64,000 nucleotides of DNA from Octopus bimaculoides (GCF_001194135.2 NC_068989.1:15612874-15676873), one strand, 5' to 3'. Counted from the stretch's first letter, positions 49,165 to 62,200 are shown. Notes: generated by a model not told the origin, from the sequence alone. Translations and numbers: made by a program.

Positions 49165-50250
49165 TCTTTACCTCAAAGACTTGAGAAATAGTAAGCCCAA
49201 AGGACTACTGACACCTCAACTGTACATCTCCAGCTTACAATAGTCTTTAACAGCAGAATATCGCAGAAGATGAATAAAACTCTGAATAAGTAGTCATTAC
49301 AGAAGGAATGCTGGCCAAGGCTCGTATGACCCCAGAAATCAATTTCTGTTCAACGAACTGTAAAAGGAGTCTGAAAGGCCTGGGTATTGTGTAGGTCGAT
49401 ATACAGAAGAACCCTGTTGGTAATGGTCTTCATACGTGAATCCTGGAAATTTCAGACGTGACTAAAATAGTACCAGTAGGGAGCAGGTACATTGTGCACG
49501 ACATAAGTGAATAGTAAAGGCAAAATAGGGTAATATAAAAATTATTTAAAATCTTCATGAGAGAAAGAATGTTTGATACTAACTTCTTTCCTCTATTTTT
49601 CTGTCACAAGATAACATCTTTAATCATCACTTTTAATTTAGACGAGACTCGGATACAAATACTATGGGAAAATTGCCAAACAACATTTGTATATGACTGA
49701 TTTAAAGTTGCCCGCTACAGATTATCAACAACTAAAAACAGCAACAAATAAAATATAGAGATTTTCTACAGAAATTGATATGAGACTCGATTTTTAAGAT
49801 GCAACACCCGTGAACTGGGAAAAATTAATTAAGAAGACTAGTATCGGCATTTTAGCGCAAACAAAGAAATAGAAATGACAAAATCTAATCAGAAAAAATT
49901 AATTAAGATCACTAATGACGTGATTTTGCTGTCAATAAAGAAGCCGAGATAACAAAATTATATTTAAACACTAACTCGCATATGCATAGATATCCATAAA
50001 CAAAACAAAAATAAAACTGGTTACAAAAGAATTATATGAATGCATTAGATTAATACTTAAAATAGAGTTATATCCCTACAAAATATTAGGTAGCAGGCAC
50101 CAATACTCTAGCTGTCCCATTAAGAAGTTATTCTAATTTTCTCAACTGGACGTTAAACGAATTAACAAAACTTGATGGGGGAGAAAAAGACAATATTTAA
50201 TAATTAAATTTAGAATACATTGAGAAATCTGACGTCGATTATATTAACCA
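49165..50250 (+). pseudogene. R4/Dong-clade LINE reverse transcriptase fragment, degenerate
   Basis: Motifs in order: DY*HLNC (NYRPITC), QKEC..RNQFLFN, LGIV*VD..QK...HT*ILE, GYKY..QHLYMTDLKL (HLLYMDDLKL), FSTEIDM, NTLAVP..YS..NWT.NEL.KLD, KSDVD. Confidence 0.8.
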
Positions 50251-50499
50251 GAAATACAAAGAAGTACAAACTTTAAGCAAAAAAAAAAAAATATAAAATA
50301 TCCACTATAACTGTAACTAACGATCGAAGAACTAATACAAATAACTATAAAACACGAACATAAAAAAAGGTGGGGTCTCTTTTCAGGGAAGCTAACAGTT
50401 AGAAAATGTAGTTTCAAATGACTGGGAATTATGAGGAGGAAAAAAAGGGATATCAAAAGTAGACAAGAATAAAACGAAACTAAAAATGTGTTTCTACGG

Positions 50500-51351
50500 T
50501 ACGAGGTCTGACCAATAAGTATCCGGCTTGTGGCCATAGTAACAAATCTAAAGCACGCAGAGTAAAGCCGCTTCGAACAGATTGACCTTGGACTATATTG
50601 CACATGCGCACTCAGTTTTGACGTTCTAGCTCACTTCCGCTGTTTCCAGTAATGCTCGGAAGGAAGGTACGCAGCGTGTGATCTTCACATTGATCATAAT
50701 AGGGAAAGTTGTCATGGTGATACCTGCTCAGAGGCCTACGCAAAGTTGCAGAAAGTGTACGGAGAGGAGTGTATGAGTTGCACACAAATGTACGAGTGGT
50801 TTAGACGTTTCCAAGATGGCCGTTCTGGGAGACCCGCAACTAGCAGAACTGAGAAAAAACATCGCAGTTGTCCTTGCAGCTGTGAGAGGAAATCATCGAA
50901 ACGACATCTGTGAGTTATCAGAGGATGAGTAGATTAGTTACGGTTCAGTTCAGTCCATTACCATTGACGATTTGGGTATGAGACACGTGTCTGCCAAGTT
51001 TGTGCCAGAACTGCTTTCAGCTGACTAAAAAGACACCCGGGTTTCAGTTGCACAAGGTCTCCTTGATTGTTTCGAGAACAACGAAAACTTTTTGAAAACA
51101 TGGTGTAGGACCCTGAGCAGGTATCGCCAGGTTTTTGGCCAAATTTGATGCAGATTCTCTGCTTAACTTTCTCTATCATGGTCAATGCAACGATCACACA
51201 CTACACACCTTCCTTCCAAGCACTGCTGTAAACAGCAGAAGTGAGCTAGAACGTTAACACTTAGTGCACATGCACAGCAGAGTTTACAGTCAATCTATGC
51301 TAAGCTTCTTTACTATGACAACAGTCCGGATACCTATTGATCAGACCACTA
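50500..51351 (+). mobile_element. Mariner derivative with two left ends (long inverted arms)
   Basis: TA-CGAGGTCTGACCAATAAGTATCCGG versus CCGGATACCTATTGATCAGACCAC-TA. The transposase N-terminus (LQKVYGEECMS...EWFRRFQDGRSGRP...VSAKFVPELL) is on +, and a second N-terminus (MIEKVKQRICIKF) is on - at 51097-51180. Confidence 0.88.
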
Positions 51352-51861
51352 TGTCATTTCCTGACGCCTACCTGAACACCTCTGTCTATATACCTATGCA
51401 TGAGCTCCTTTCTCATCCTATCCATGACTGCGCATGCATTGATTTTTTCATGGGATACAGGATTTTAGCAGTATTAGAAACAAGGGATATGATGTCGGAT
51501 TACGAGCTGCAGTCACCGGCCTTATCACAGTCCCATCAACAATGCACAGCGCTCGGAAATATTAACCTGATTGCCAGTAATTATACATTCCTCTGCGGAA
51601 TATATTGGACAACTCCTACGACTGCGACATGAGTAGCTCTATGGGCTTACAGGAGCGGATAGGCTTACGTAAGATATATAGATAATCTACCATGAAATTA
51701 TACGCTGGCATGCGATGATGAGTAAGCACTTTTGCACAGTGGAGGAGAGCGATGTAACTAAAGAGAGTCGTTGCAGTTTGGGACGAAAAGATGGAGATAT
51801 TTGTTCATGTGCATTCGAAAGGCCTTGCTGAACACATTTACATTAATATCTCCGTATGCGC

Positions 51862-51892
<31 letters not shown>

Positions 51893-52287
51893 TTCAAACG
51901 CGCGGTTGTGTGTGTGTTTTATTAGCTTTAAATCAACCGGCGAATATACAAACATAGCGCTAATTGCCACAATTATTAATATAAGTATACTTGATTGCTA
52001 ACGGCAGTGTATTTAGTTAATATAAAACGATTGATGCAATTTCCAAACATATTTATAACCCATTTCCCTATTCCGAAATAGGAAATTGGTTAGCAGTATT
52101 ATAGGTGATAATTCTCAATGTTAAGTCCTCCAGGCGCCCATTTAAAATATTTTGCGAAATGAGAATCAATTAATTTATGATATATGCATAACATATATAC
52201 ATATATCGTATATATTATGTAGATAATTTATGTAATTATTGTTTCTCATATACTCGTGTACACACATACACACACACACACATATAT

Positions 52288-52355
52288 ACCAAGTTGAGTA
52301 CTGGTGTCATTGAAAGCGACTACTCTCCTCCTACAAAAATTTCAGGACAAATGCA
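52288..52355 (+). mobile_element. SINE C tail fragment abutting the broken end of LINE copy 2
   Basis: ACCAAGTTGAGTACTGGTGTCATTGAAAGCGACTACTCTCCTCCTACAAAAATTTCAGG versus the C1 tail consensus. Confidence 0.7.
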
Positions 52356-53590
52356 ATGGTTCTGCCTGGGATGGCACATGCCTGTGCCTCCCGGCTATAC
52401 CATTCGCGACATGCGCCAGCCTCTTTGCTAAAACCTTGGCCAAACTCTTCACTTCTGCGTTTAACAGAGTGATGGGCCTGAAATGATCTGAAACGTCCCC
52501 CTTGTCCGGGTCCTTTCTGATCAGCGTCACCACTCCCCGGCGCACAGATCTGGGGATAAACCCATTCTGTTGCCAGTTCGCGTACACGCTAGCCAGTAGG
52601 TACCCGAACAAGTCTGGCATACATTTATATAGCTCGTAAGGAAGACCATGAAGTCCCAGCGACTTATCCGCTTTACAGACAGTCATAGCCTCCGTCACCT
52701 CCACAGGCGTGATCGGCCCTCTCGCAATCCTCCGCATCCGACCCCGAGAGGCGTGGTGGCCCGGCAAGAAAATCCTTGAGGACTTCCCTACCATCAGGAC
52801 CGCCATCACCCCGAGCAGCTGGGTGAAGTACTCTCGAAAGGCCTCACACATTTCCTCGGGTTCGTTTACCAAGACACCATTTTGGTTCGTCATAGACTGA
52901 ATAGTGGAACTGTTTCCTTGTCGAGCTTCCACCACTCGGGCCCACCCAGCGGCCTTGATTCCTTCACTTCCCATCGCACGTAACTTAGCTCTGGTAATAC
53001 TTCCCATGTGTTGGGTTTCAAGATACTGGTTCAACTCCAGTCTCTTTACCTTCACTTGGTCCGCATTACCGAACCTCAAAGCTTCTTCTAGTTCTTTAAC
53101 TATACCATCTCTTATTCTACGTCCCTTCTTAGCTAAACTTATGCTAAACCTAATAGACTCATATTTTATGGCGTTTTGTGGGGTGTACCACCATTTATTA
53201 TTAATGATGGTACCTGTCTATGCCCTCTGAATTGATTTCTTGATCTGCTTTCTGTAGTCCTCAATCACCAAAATGGACGTATTGAGTTTCCAGTAGCCAG
53301 ATCCCTGTCTATGTAACTTATCTACTGTCAACTTACAGGTAACCACCTTGTGATCACTGTAGCTGACTAGGTGAAATTGTGGACACTTAGCTATGCACGT
53401 ATCTGTTTTACTAATTAAAACCCTATCTATATATGTTCTGGAAGACCCGTCACTATTTAACCACGTCCACTATGGAGTGTTCGGATGTTCCAACCTATAT
53501 GGATCTGCCAGTTGAAAGTGACTTAGCAGATCCCGAAAGTCAGGGTTACATTTTCCATTCATGTTCGAGCCAACACAATCTGTGCGTGCG
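52356..53590 (-). pseudogene. LINE ORF2 remnant (AP endonuclease C-half, linker, RT domains 0-2)
   Basis: In-frame stops and frameshifts. The 52342-53079 ORF is part of it. Confidence 0.92.
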
Positions 53591-54246
53591 TCACAAATTG
53601 TTTCCTTCCAGGACTGCAGCCATCAAGCACATAAGGTTTACTCCGGGTGGAACTCTAGGTATTCTAACCTTAGATGTCCTCATTCCCATGTAAATTGGGA
53701 TCAATATCGTGTCTTCTGACTCTAATGATTTTACAGAGTGTTGTTGTGCCGTTTCTACGTTCTTCTTGAACTTCACCTCCATGGTTCCAAACTTCTTCCC
53801 TCTGGCTAGGTATGTAATGTCCTGCCAGATGGGTTTTAAACATTTTTCAGTTTTCTGCTCACATATCTTGTCAAGTTTTCGAGCTTTTAAGCAGAATGTC
53901 TTAAAAATAATAATTTTCCCTTTTTCTGCTGTTAATTGTTCTTCTGGTATTTCCACTTTTACCATTCCATTTCGTACTGTTACCATTTCCTTGTATTTTA
54001 ATAATTCCTTTTTGTCAGTTGACAGCTGTTGCATTCCACTACCAGCTGCTGACGCAAAACTTTTTCTTTTTTCATTTTGAATGGTCTTTGCTTCTATATT
54101 TCTTTTGGTACCCGTAACTTTTGGCAATGCAGGGAATTCACTTTCCGAAACATCAGAAATGTTATCAAAAATTAAACTTTCTATCTTCCTCGCTTCCCGC
54201 TCGGTCGATGAATCTTCACCCGACGAAGACACACTTTTCGGCATCT
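53591..54246 (-). pseudogene. LINE ORF1 N-terminal half (MPKSVSSSGED...), truncated by deletion
   Basis: KRKSFA and ITYLARGKKFGT...LIPIYMGMRTSKVRIPRVPP align with copy 1 ORF1. Confidence 0.88.
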
Positions 54247-54422
54247 TGCCGGCAATTAATGTTTTCCCCCACACGGGAAAACCACAGATAGCCTTCGAAA
54301 GAAAACTATAATACAACTTTTAAATAATAAGTCCAACAATAAGCACAACAAGAGGTATAACGATATAACAATTAACAGAAACTTATTTTACGAACACACT
54401 CCAACAATAAATTTTCAATCAC

Positions 54423-54485
54423 AGACAGACGAAATACCGCTAAGCATTTCGCCCGGCGTGCTAACGTTTCTGCCAGCTCGCTGCC
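54423..54485 (-). mobile_element. SINE family C head (nt 1-63), truncated by LINE copy 2
   Basis: GGCAGCGAGCTGGCAGAAACGTTAGCACGCCGGGCGAAATGCTTAGCGGTATTTCGTCTGTCT, essentially consensus. Confidence 0.95.
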
Positions 54486-56370
54486 ATGGCATTGTGGGGT
54501 TGTTATTGTTGAGGTGGCTGGTACTGGAGCTGTCCTGTTTCGAAGACTATGTGGTCGTCCCTTTCTTTCTCTTTTCCCTCCTTTCCGTTGTATACGTTGG
54601 GAATGATTATGAGTGTGTACTAGTGTGTATGTGTATCTGCCAACGTAGAACGAAATTGTGTAACCTCGAGCTTTTGTGCTCTGTTTTACTTTTCTCTACT
54701 ACACTATATTCTTGTTTAAGCAACTCCATTGATGTGGATAATTTGCATAATAAAGACACATATTGAGTACTAAACACTATTCTTTGTAGTTTTTGTTAAA
54801 CACTTAGGAGATGTTTTAATAAAATTATATTATTTTTCAATCACCAAACATGCAAACCAGGCGTTTAACTGACCGAATTGCGGGTATATTGTTTTATGAA
54901 GCGTTTCGTATTTTATAAACGATATAAATGACCACACACACACACATGCAGATTTTATCAAAACCGGTTCACATGCGCAATGCAAATTGCGTCGTATTCG
55001 CCCAAATAAAACGATCCTTTTTCATACTGAAAACGAGTTCATAATGACAAACAATTTACGGTGCAAGCAACTACTTTTCCGCAATATTCAGAACATTGTT
55101 TCACTGAATATTCTTATAATAAATTTTCCTTACATTGTTAGAACTATGACTTCCAAATCCCATTGATAGATATCCATTGGTTTTCAGTACGTAATACTAT
55201 TCCTTCGGTTAGTCCTTTCTCCTTATAATATCATTTTCTTCCAGTTGCATATTGAACACATTCTGCTGCACTGCAGTCACTACAAATTATTAATATCCAT
55301 TAATATTATATTTCTTTCCCGTTGAGTTATTTGTGATCGTCAAAACAGACTTGGATAGAAAACGGATAAGGGGATTGTCCATAGATAGGATACTTCGTTC
55401 AAAAGATACCCGAAAAACATAGTCACTCAGTCTCTGCGAATTAGCAGCCAAACTACTAAAAAGATCATACCCACAGTAATACATACAGACGACACTGAAT
55501 AACATAGTTACTAATATACAGGGCGTCTTATAATGATAGGATATATTTGTAATCTTTGTGACTTATATATAATAAATGTGATTGTTCCGGCCACAGTTAC
55601 TAACGTTTAAAATGTACGCTATAATCACGGGATTGTCCATATTTGACAATATTCATAACATGATTCTTCTTCTTCTTGTAATTGTCACTTGCAAGAGGTC
55701 TGTGTGGTCACTTGACATGTTAAAAATAATAGCTACATCCTTTAATCACTTTCTATTCTGTGATATAATTTTACATGTATATCCCAGTAAGGGAGGCATC
55801 TACATTGTATGTAGATCCTATAGATATTCTAAGTAAATCTCCATCAAATCACAGTCTTATGTGTATATAATCCAGCGAAGGTAACCTCAACAGTGTAGTT
55901 GCACAGGCTAGAAATAACAAGCATATATCCCTTGGATCACTCCCAATTAACTCATGTATATAAGCATGCATGCCTACCTACCTACCTACCTACCTACATG
56001 TGTGTATATGTATGATGTAGTTGAGCACATATACAAAGGTGGGTGATTTGTCTTGACTTCTTCTGAAGAATTTATCCAAATAATATTTCTCGGTTATGGA
56101 TTTTTTTTCTTTCGTGATTTGTTTCGGGATTGTGTCAAAGTCGGTTCAATGTTGAATGCACAATCGTTGTGCCGCTTGTGTTTATACGCTGCAAGTATGA
56201 TTTGTGTAAAAGTTGTACGGCAAGTGATTTAGAAAAAAAAAAAATGATGTGTAGATCGAGAAATTCTATTGGATTAATTTCTAGATTGTGCGACGAATCT
56301 GAGTGATTTAAGACGGTCCCATAAATCGAACTTCATCGTGATATTTATATAATATTTGTTTCTTTTTTTT

Positions 56371-56434
56371 GCGCTCACGATCACAAGATCATGGTTTCAA
56401 TACATGGACCAGGTGGTGTGCTGTGTTCTTCAGC

Positions 56435-56440
<6 letters not shown>
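56371..56440 (+). mobile_element. SINE family D fragment ending in (CA)n
   Basis: ATGGTTTCAATACATGGACCAGGTGG..GCTGTGTTCTTCAGCAAAACAC parallels 41060-41112. Confidence 0.7.
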
Positions 56441-56483
<43 letters not shown>

Positions 56484-56894
56484 CACATACCGGTATGGTA
56501 TAAAATATCCGATTCTTCAAAACATAGAATATATATGTGATAGTATTAGAAATTATCTAAAGCGGTTAACCCTGTTCGATTCTCGGTGTGAAGAATTAAA
56601 CTAGTCATTGATAACAAAAAGAAACACACGCTCATACACACACACATATACACACAAAAAACCTCTGCGTACTGAGAGAAAGAAAGGAAGAGAGATTCAA
56701 TATAACAACGGGTCCTCTGAATTAACGCTTTACCTCTCCTATGTATCACATATGGTACGCAGGACATATTTCCACGGTGTCTATGCATGATATATTATGC
56801 ACATTACTTTTCTTTTTCAATCACGAGAGTAACTACGGAGTTAAGACAGGACAGCTTTATATTACTCAGAATGCATGAATCAAGGATCTACTGA

Positions 56895-57274
56895 TGTTGG
56901 CACTCCGTCGCTTACGACGTCGAGGGTTCCAGTTGATCCGATTAATGGAACAGCCTGCTCGTGAAATTAACGTGCAAGTGGCTGAGCACTCCACAGACAC
57001 GTGTACCCTTAACGCACTTCTCGGGATATTCAGCGTGACAGAGTGTGACAAGGCTGACCCTTTGAATTACAGGCACAACAGAAACAAGAAGTAAGAGTGA
57101 GAGAAAGTTGTGATGGAAGAGTACAGCAGGGTTCGCCACCATCCCCTGCCGGAGCCTCGTGGAGCTTTAGGTGTTTTAGCTCAATAAACACTCACAACAC
57201 CCGGTCTGGGAATCGAAACCGCGATCCTATGACCGCGAGTCCGCTGCCCTAACCACTGGGCCATTGCGTCTCCA
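56895..57274 (-). mobile_element. SINE family A, full length
   Basis: Reverse complement of 19543-19925. Confidence 0.95.
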
Positions 57275-57897
57275 CTGTGTGCCTGTTTGTAGATGAAAAT
57301 ACACAGGTAAATTAACAGTAAGAGAAGGATAGTAAATAAAATATAAAGAAATATTTTTTTCTCAGGATTTACTGGCAAAGATAATAGAAATGTTAAAAAT
57401 TGACACCAGATGCTGCTAATTTTCTGTATTAACGTGGAAGCCATAATGGCGAAAGATTTTTCTGTGGCGATGTTCCCACTTCAAGAAATTATAGAACAAC
57501 AACTTTGTAATTCATTATCTAAGTAAAACACCGTAGGAAATGTGATATAGTTTCTCGGATAATAATCATTGTATATACAGATAAAAGTGACAAGAAGAGC
57601 GACTGTCAACTGAATTGAAACAACAGAAGATTTGTCTTTCATTCTGTCAACGTTACTGAGACTAGAAATAGATAACTCTTTTTAGTACTGTTAGCAATAG
57701 GCTTCAGTTTGAAGAGAAAGAGCAATGAGTGATACTTTTCTTAGAGTTACTAAGATTTAATGCGTATGAACTTGAAGAGGGATAGAATAACACAATCAAT
57801 AACAAAAGCAGCAAATGCAAGAGAGGGAGGCAGGTGAAATTTGAGAAAAAAGGTTATAAATAATACGGAAAGATAAAGAAAGAAGTATATACTTCTT

Positions 57898-58305
57898 GTT
57901 TTCTACTCTAGGTACACGGACCAAAATTTTTGGGGAAGGGGCCTGTCGATTAGATCAGCTACAGTACGCAACTGGTACCTAAAGGGTGAAAGGCAAAGTC
58001 GACCTCGGCGGAATTTGAACTCAGAACGTAAAGACAGGTGAAATACTTCGCAGTATTTGCCCGGCGTGCTAACGATTCTGACAGCTCACCACCTTAATAA
58101 TAATCCTTTCTACTACAGGAACAAGGCCTTGAAAATTTTAGGGAAGGGGACTAGTCGATTATATCGTCCCCAGTGTTTCACTGGTATTTAATTTATCAAC
58201 CCCTGAAAGGATGAAAGGCAAAATCGACCTCGGGGAAATTTGAACTTGAACGTAAAGGTGGACGAAATATTGCGAAGAATTTCGATTCTGCCAGTTCACA
58301 GCGTT
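57898..58305 (-). mobile_element. Two SINE C copies directly head to tail (57898-58095; 58096-58305)
   Basis: Minus-strand junction GTAGAAAGGATTATTATT|AAGGTGGTGAGCTG. Confidence 0.9.
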
Positions 58306-58973
58306 AAAGAGAGAAGTATATANNNNNNNNNNNNNNNNNNNNNNNNNNNNNNNNNNNNNNNNNNNNNNNNNNNNNNNNNNNNNNNNNNNNNNNNNNNNNN
58401 NNNNNNNNNNNNNNNNNNNNNNNNNNNNNNNNNNNNNNNNNNNNNNNNNNNNNNNNNNNNNNNNNNNNNNNNNNNNNNNNNNNNNNNNNNNNNNNNNNNN
58501 NNNNNNNNNNNNNNNNNNNNNNNNNNNNNNNNNNNNNNNNNNNNNNNNNNNNNNNNNNNNNNNNNNNNNNNNNNNNNNNNNNNNNNNNNNNNNNNNNNNN
58601 NNNNNNNNNNNNNNNNNNNNNNNNNNNNNNNNNNNNNNNNNNNNNNNNNNNNNNNNNNNNNNNNNNNNNNNNNNNNNNNNNNNNNNNNNNNNNNNNNNNN
58701 NNNNNNNNNNNNNNNNNNNNNNNNNNNNNNNNNNNNNNNNNNNNNNNNNNNNNNNNNNNNNNNNNNNNNNNNNNNNNNNNNNNNNNNNNNNNNNNNNNNN
58801 NNNNNNNNNNNNNNNNNNNNNNNNNNNNNNNNNNNNNNNNNNNNNNNNNNNNNNNNNNNNNNNNNNNNNNNNNNNNNNNNNNNNNNNNNNNNNNNNNNNN
58901 NNNNNNNNNNNNNNNNNNNNNNNNNNNNNNNNNNNNNNNNNNNNNNNNNNNNNNNNNNNNNNNNNNNNNNNNN

Positions 58974-59192
58974 CCTTGTGGGCAATAAAGAAATAAGAAA
59001 CGTTAGCATGTCGGGCGAAATGCATAGCGGTATTTCGTCTGTCTTTAGGTTCTGAGTTCAAATTCCACCGAGGTCGCCTTTGCCTTTCATCCTTTCCGGG
59101 TCGATAAATTAAGTACCAATTGTGTTCTGCGGTCGATCAAATCGACTGGCCTCCTCCACCCCAAAAATGTGTGCCTAGAGTAGAAAAGAATA
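58974..59192 (+). mobile_element. C2-type tail (58974-58997) fused to a SINE C copy starting at head nt ~15-17
   Basis: CCTTGTGGGCAATAAAGAAATA-AGAA-ACGTTAGCATGTCGGGCGAAATG. Confidence 0.9.
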
Positions 59193-59661
59193 TATAGTGG
59201 GGGTGAGGGTAAATAAGAGGGTAAGAGCTTATGAAGGTTAGGGAAAAGGTGCGGGGTTGTTGTTATTTATATTTTGAGAATAGATTTTGTCATCGATGTT
59301 TACAGGTAAAAATTATACCGCTACGTTCATCAAGACAATCCATGGAAATAGAAAAAGAATTTTTTTCCATTTATCGTACTTCGATACGAAAAAATTCCAC
59401 AACCTTCCGTCTCAGTAAACCACTATTGTCTCTGGAAGTTGTTTTTATATTTACTACGGATTGCTTGAAGCTAACTTTCTTCCTACACCTCGATCCTTGG
59501 ATCGTATGTGTGTGTATACATGTATGTGTGTGTGTTTGTGTGTATATATGCATGAATGTATGTATGTATATGTGTGAGCGTGTGTGTAGTGCGTACCGCT
59601 ATGTATGTTTATATATGCATTTATGAATGATTAATAATAAGAAAAAAATGCTATTTGCGCA

Positions 59662-59735
59662 CAGGGGTCGATGCAATCGACTAGTGTCCTTTCCCTAAAT
59701 TTCAAGCCATTTGCCTATAGTGGAAAGGAATAATA
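59662..59735 (+). mobile_element. SINE family C tail fragment
   Basis: GGGGTCGATGCAATCGACTAG...GCCTATAGTGGAAAGGAATAATA. Confidence 0.75.
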
Positions 59736-60820
59736 TTTCTAAGTGGAATTGGAAAAGCAGCTGCAGTTTGTTTTTTCGGTTCGCGCTTGACTCCCCTGTT
59801 GCTTGTGTGTTTTATAATCTTAAACTACTCTTGAAAAAGTCAATTCAGAGTTGCTGTTGTTTTTTTTTTCTCTAATTCCATTTTCGCTTATCAAATAAAA
59901 TTAACCTGTTTCATTTGTGTGCCAAGTAACAAACATTGTGAGTTACGTTGATGCATGTTCGTAACCTTAATGTTTAAAAATCTTTCCTCAATTCCAATTA
60001 CATTAGTTCTGTTACCAGATAATTTAATAACATCTAACAAACGTTACCCTTTGAACACGCTTTAATCATTTTGGCATTACAACAAATTGTTCGTATAATT
60101 GTTGGTTGCTGACCAAAAGCTTGTCCGCTGTCCATCAGTGAATATACATAACACTTCCAAATTTCTTTGTAACGCTACATCTTTCGGATTTTATGTACGC
60201 AGCCAACAATGCTGCACGTGTACATATAAACATCGATATAATGAATGAAAAAATATGTTCAAAACGTTAATATAATCAATGAATACATATTTCCAAACCG
60301 GGAGTACCTCTTATAATCACTCAGTTCAAAGCTAAAAAAAATCTAAACCTGGCTAGTTTTGAATCTGGCAGGATTTCTGGTAATTTGCCAGTCGGCTGTT
60401 CAGATTGAATTTCTAAACTTCATCCTCTCTACGTATATTTATTTGTTTTTATCATGAGTTTCAATTAACACAATCTCAGAAAGGTTACAATAACGGCAAC
60501 TTATGAATGAGAAAAAAAAAGGAGGCAATTTGCACCCAAACTTTGAAGAAAGTTGATCTATTTATGAGAATTTTAGATAATGATCCAACCGACACTGTCG
60601 TAATGACATTAATTTGTAAATGTTAAATACAATCGCATTCTTTGCTCTTCATTACATAAATTTTATCTAAGTATGTGGTATGAAGTAGACGAATATTTTA
60701 TTACTGACACACACACAGACACACACACACACACACACATATATAAACACAACTATAAATATTTAGTCCCTACGTACGTTTCATCATTGCAGTTATTTAG
60801 AACTCAGCATTGGATTTATA

Positions 60821-60859
<39 letters not shown>

Positions 60860-61010
60860 TTATATAAGGGCATTACTATATAATAACGCCGCCCTTATAT
60901 AAATATAAATATATATTTCGGGAATAAATGATGGATTTTTTTCCCTTATGAGGTTTTTTTCACGCTAGCTACTTGATAAATTCTTGTAAAAGAATTCGTC
61001 CTATTATTGA

Positions 61011-61045
<35 letters not shown>

Positions 61046-61086
61046 GAATTAATAAAAATAGCTAGTTGCAGTGTTATACCGCCAAA

Positions 61087-61213
61087 GAGAATTACAGTCG
61101 TCAACTAAACGCGTCTAAGGGTGTCAAGACACCTACATTGTTAGAAATAAGCACTAAAATGCTCAATGCTGTTATAAAGGTCTTGACACCCTTAGTCACC
61201 GACTACAATTCTC
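61087..61213. repeat. Inverted-repeat (foldback) segment between (TA)n tracts
   Basis: GAGAATTACAGTCG...CTAAGGGTGTCAAGAC versus GTCTTGACACCCTTAG..CGACTACAATTCTC. Confidence 0.8.
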
Positions 61214-61611
61214 ATATATATATATATAAAATAAAAAATTAAAAAGGGTGTATATATATATACTATAACAAATTAAAAAGAGTATATAACAAGTTAAACA
61301 AAGGACAAGAGAATAAGACATTAGGTCATGGACTTCACCAACTTGCATCAGTTTACGTTATAGTTTCATCGTGTATTCCCCCATAGCTTAATCAGAACTT
61401 TAAAAAGAAGTGGAAGAGGCTATAGAATGATACACAAGTACCCAACAATGAGTGCATTGCATCTTAAAGCAGTAACGGCTGTAAGTTAATAAAGTTCATT
61501 ACACAATTTCTTATTCCCTTGTTATTTATTTAATTACTGTCCTGTACTCGACTGGGACATTTGTATATTGAGTTTTATTACCAGTTTATTAGTACCGTTA
61601 CGCCTTTGTGA

Positions 61612-61652
<41 letters not shown>

Positions 61653-61654
<2 letters not shown>

Positions 61655-62200
61655 GTAGTACCAGGCAGTGGCTCTCATTACTTCTGATCTTAACTGATTG
61701 GAGGTTTTATGATGTACATTGTTTTGTTTTGGTATAAAAGATGGGCTACAGCAAATATTCAGCTCAGTACCACAGATTTGCTTGTCAGTTGCATGACTTT
61801 CACCAGTTGAGCATGTCCCTTAGTGGCAGACGATATGTGCATTTCTGATCACGAGCAGAAGTAGTGTGAGAGCATTATAGCCATGTACTGAGAAGAATTC
61901 TTTGCGGTTTAAATAATTCACCTTTGGAAACATGGGTGATTCGTTGAACATCCTTAAACAACCCTTATTTAGGGACCTTTTGAGTGGGATGGGCTACTCG
62001 ACCTGAAGAAAATTCTAACTAGGCTCCACCTGTAAGGTCATGTTCTGTTTATCTTAATATGAGATCACCATGTCGCGCACATGTGGTTGTGATGCATGTG
62101 CCTGGTGTACCCTTATCAGACGGGCAGTCATGATGGGTATAATGAGCTTCGTATATTTTACCCCAGTGTCACCTTGATGGCATTCGCTGCTCTCTCACTC
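61653..62200 (+). mobile_element. Family E repeat (~550 bp, non-coding) embedded in (TAA)n
   Basis: Flanked by (AAT)n at 61612-61650 and 62201-62217. Second partial copy at 36140-36315. Confidence 0.8.

Larger units (their letters stand above)
52356..54422 (-). mobile_element. L1/Tx1-type LINE copy 2: 5'UTR, ORF1 N-half, internal deletion, partial ORF2 (APE C-half plus RT start), 3' truncated
   Basis: ORF1 homologous to 6851-7794. APE motifs DPYRLEHP..WTW...SSRTYIDRVLI...SDH...GYWKLN. RT motifs KSLGLHGLPYE, FRPITLLNAEVK.LAKVLAKRL, and EAQACAIPGRTI after a frameshift. Confidence 0.93.

Noticed and set aside
61370-61405. Third hammerhead-like motif (CUGAUUA...GAAAC, minus strand)
   Set aside because: G8 is mutated and stem II does not pair, so at best a decayed relic.
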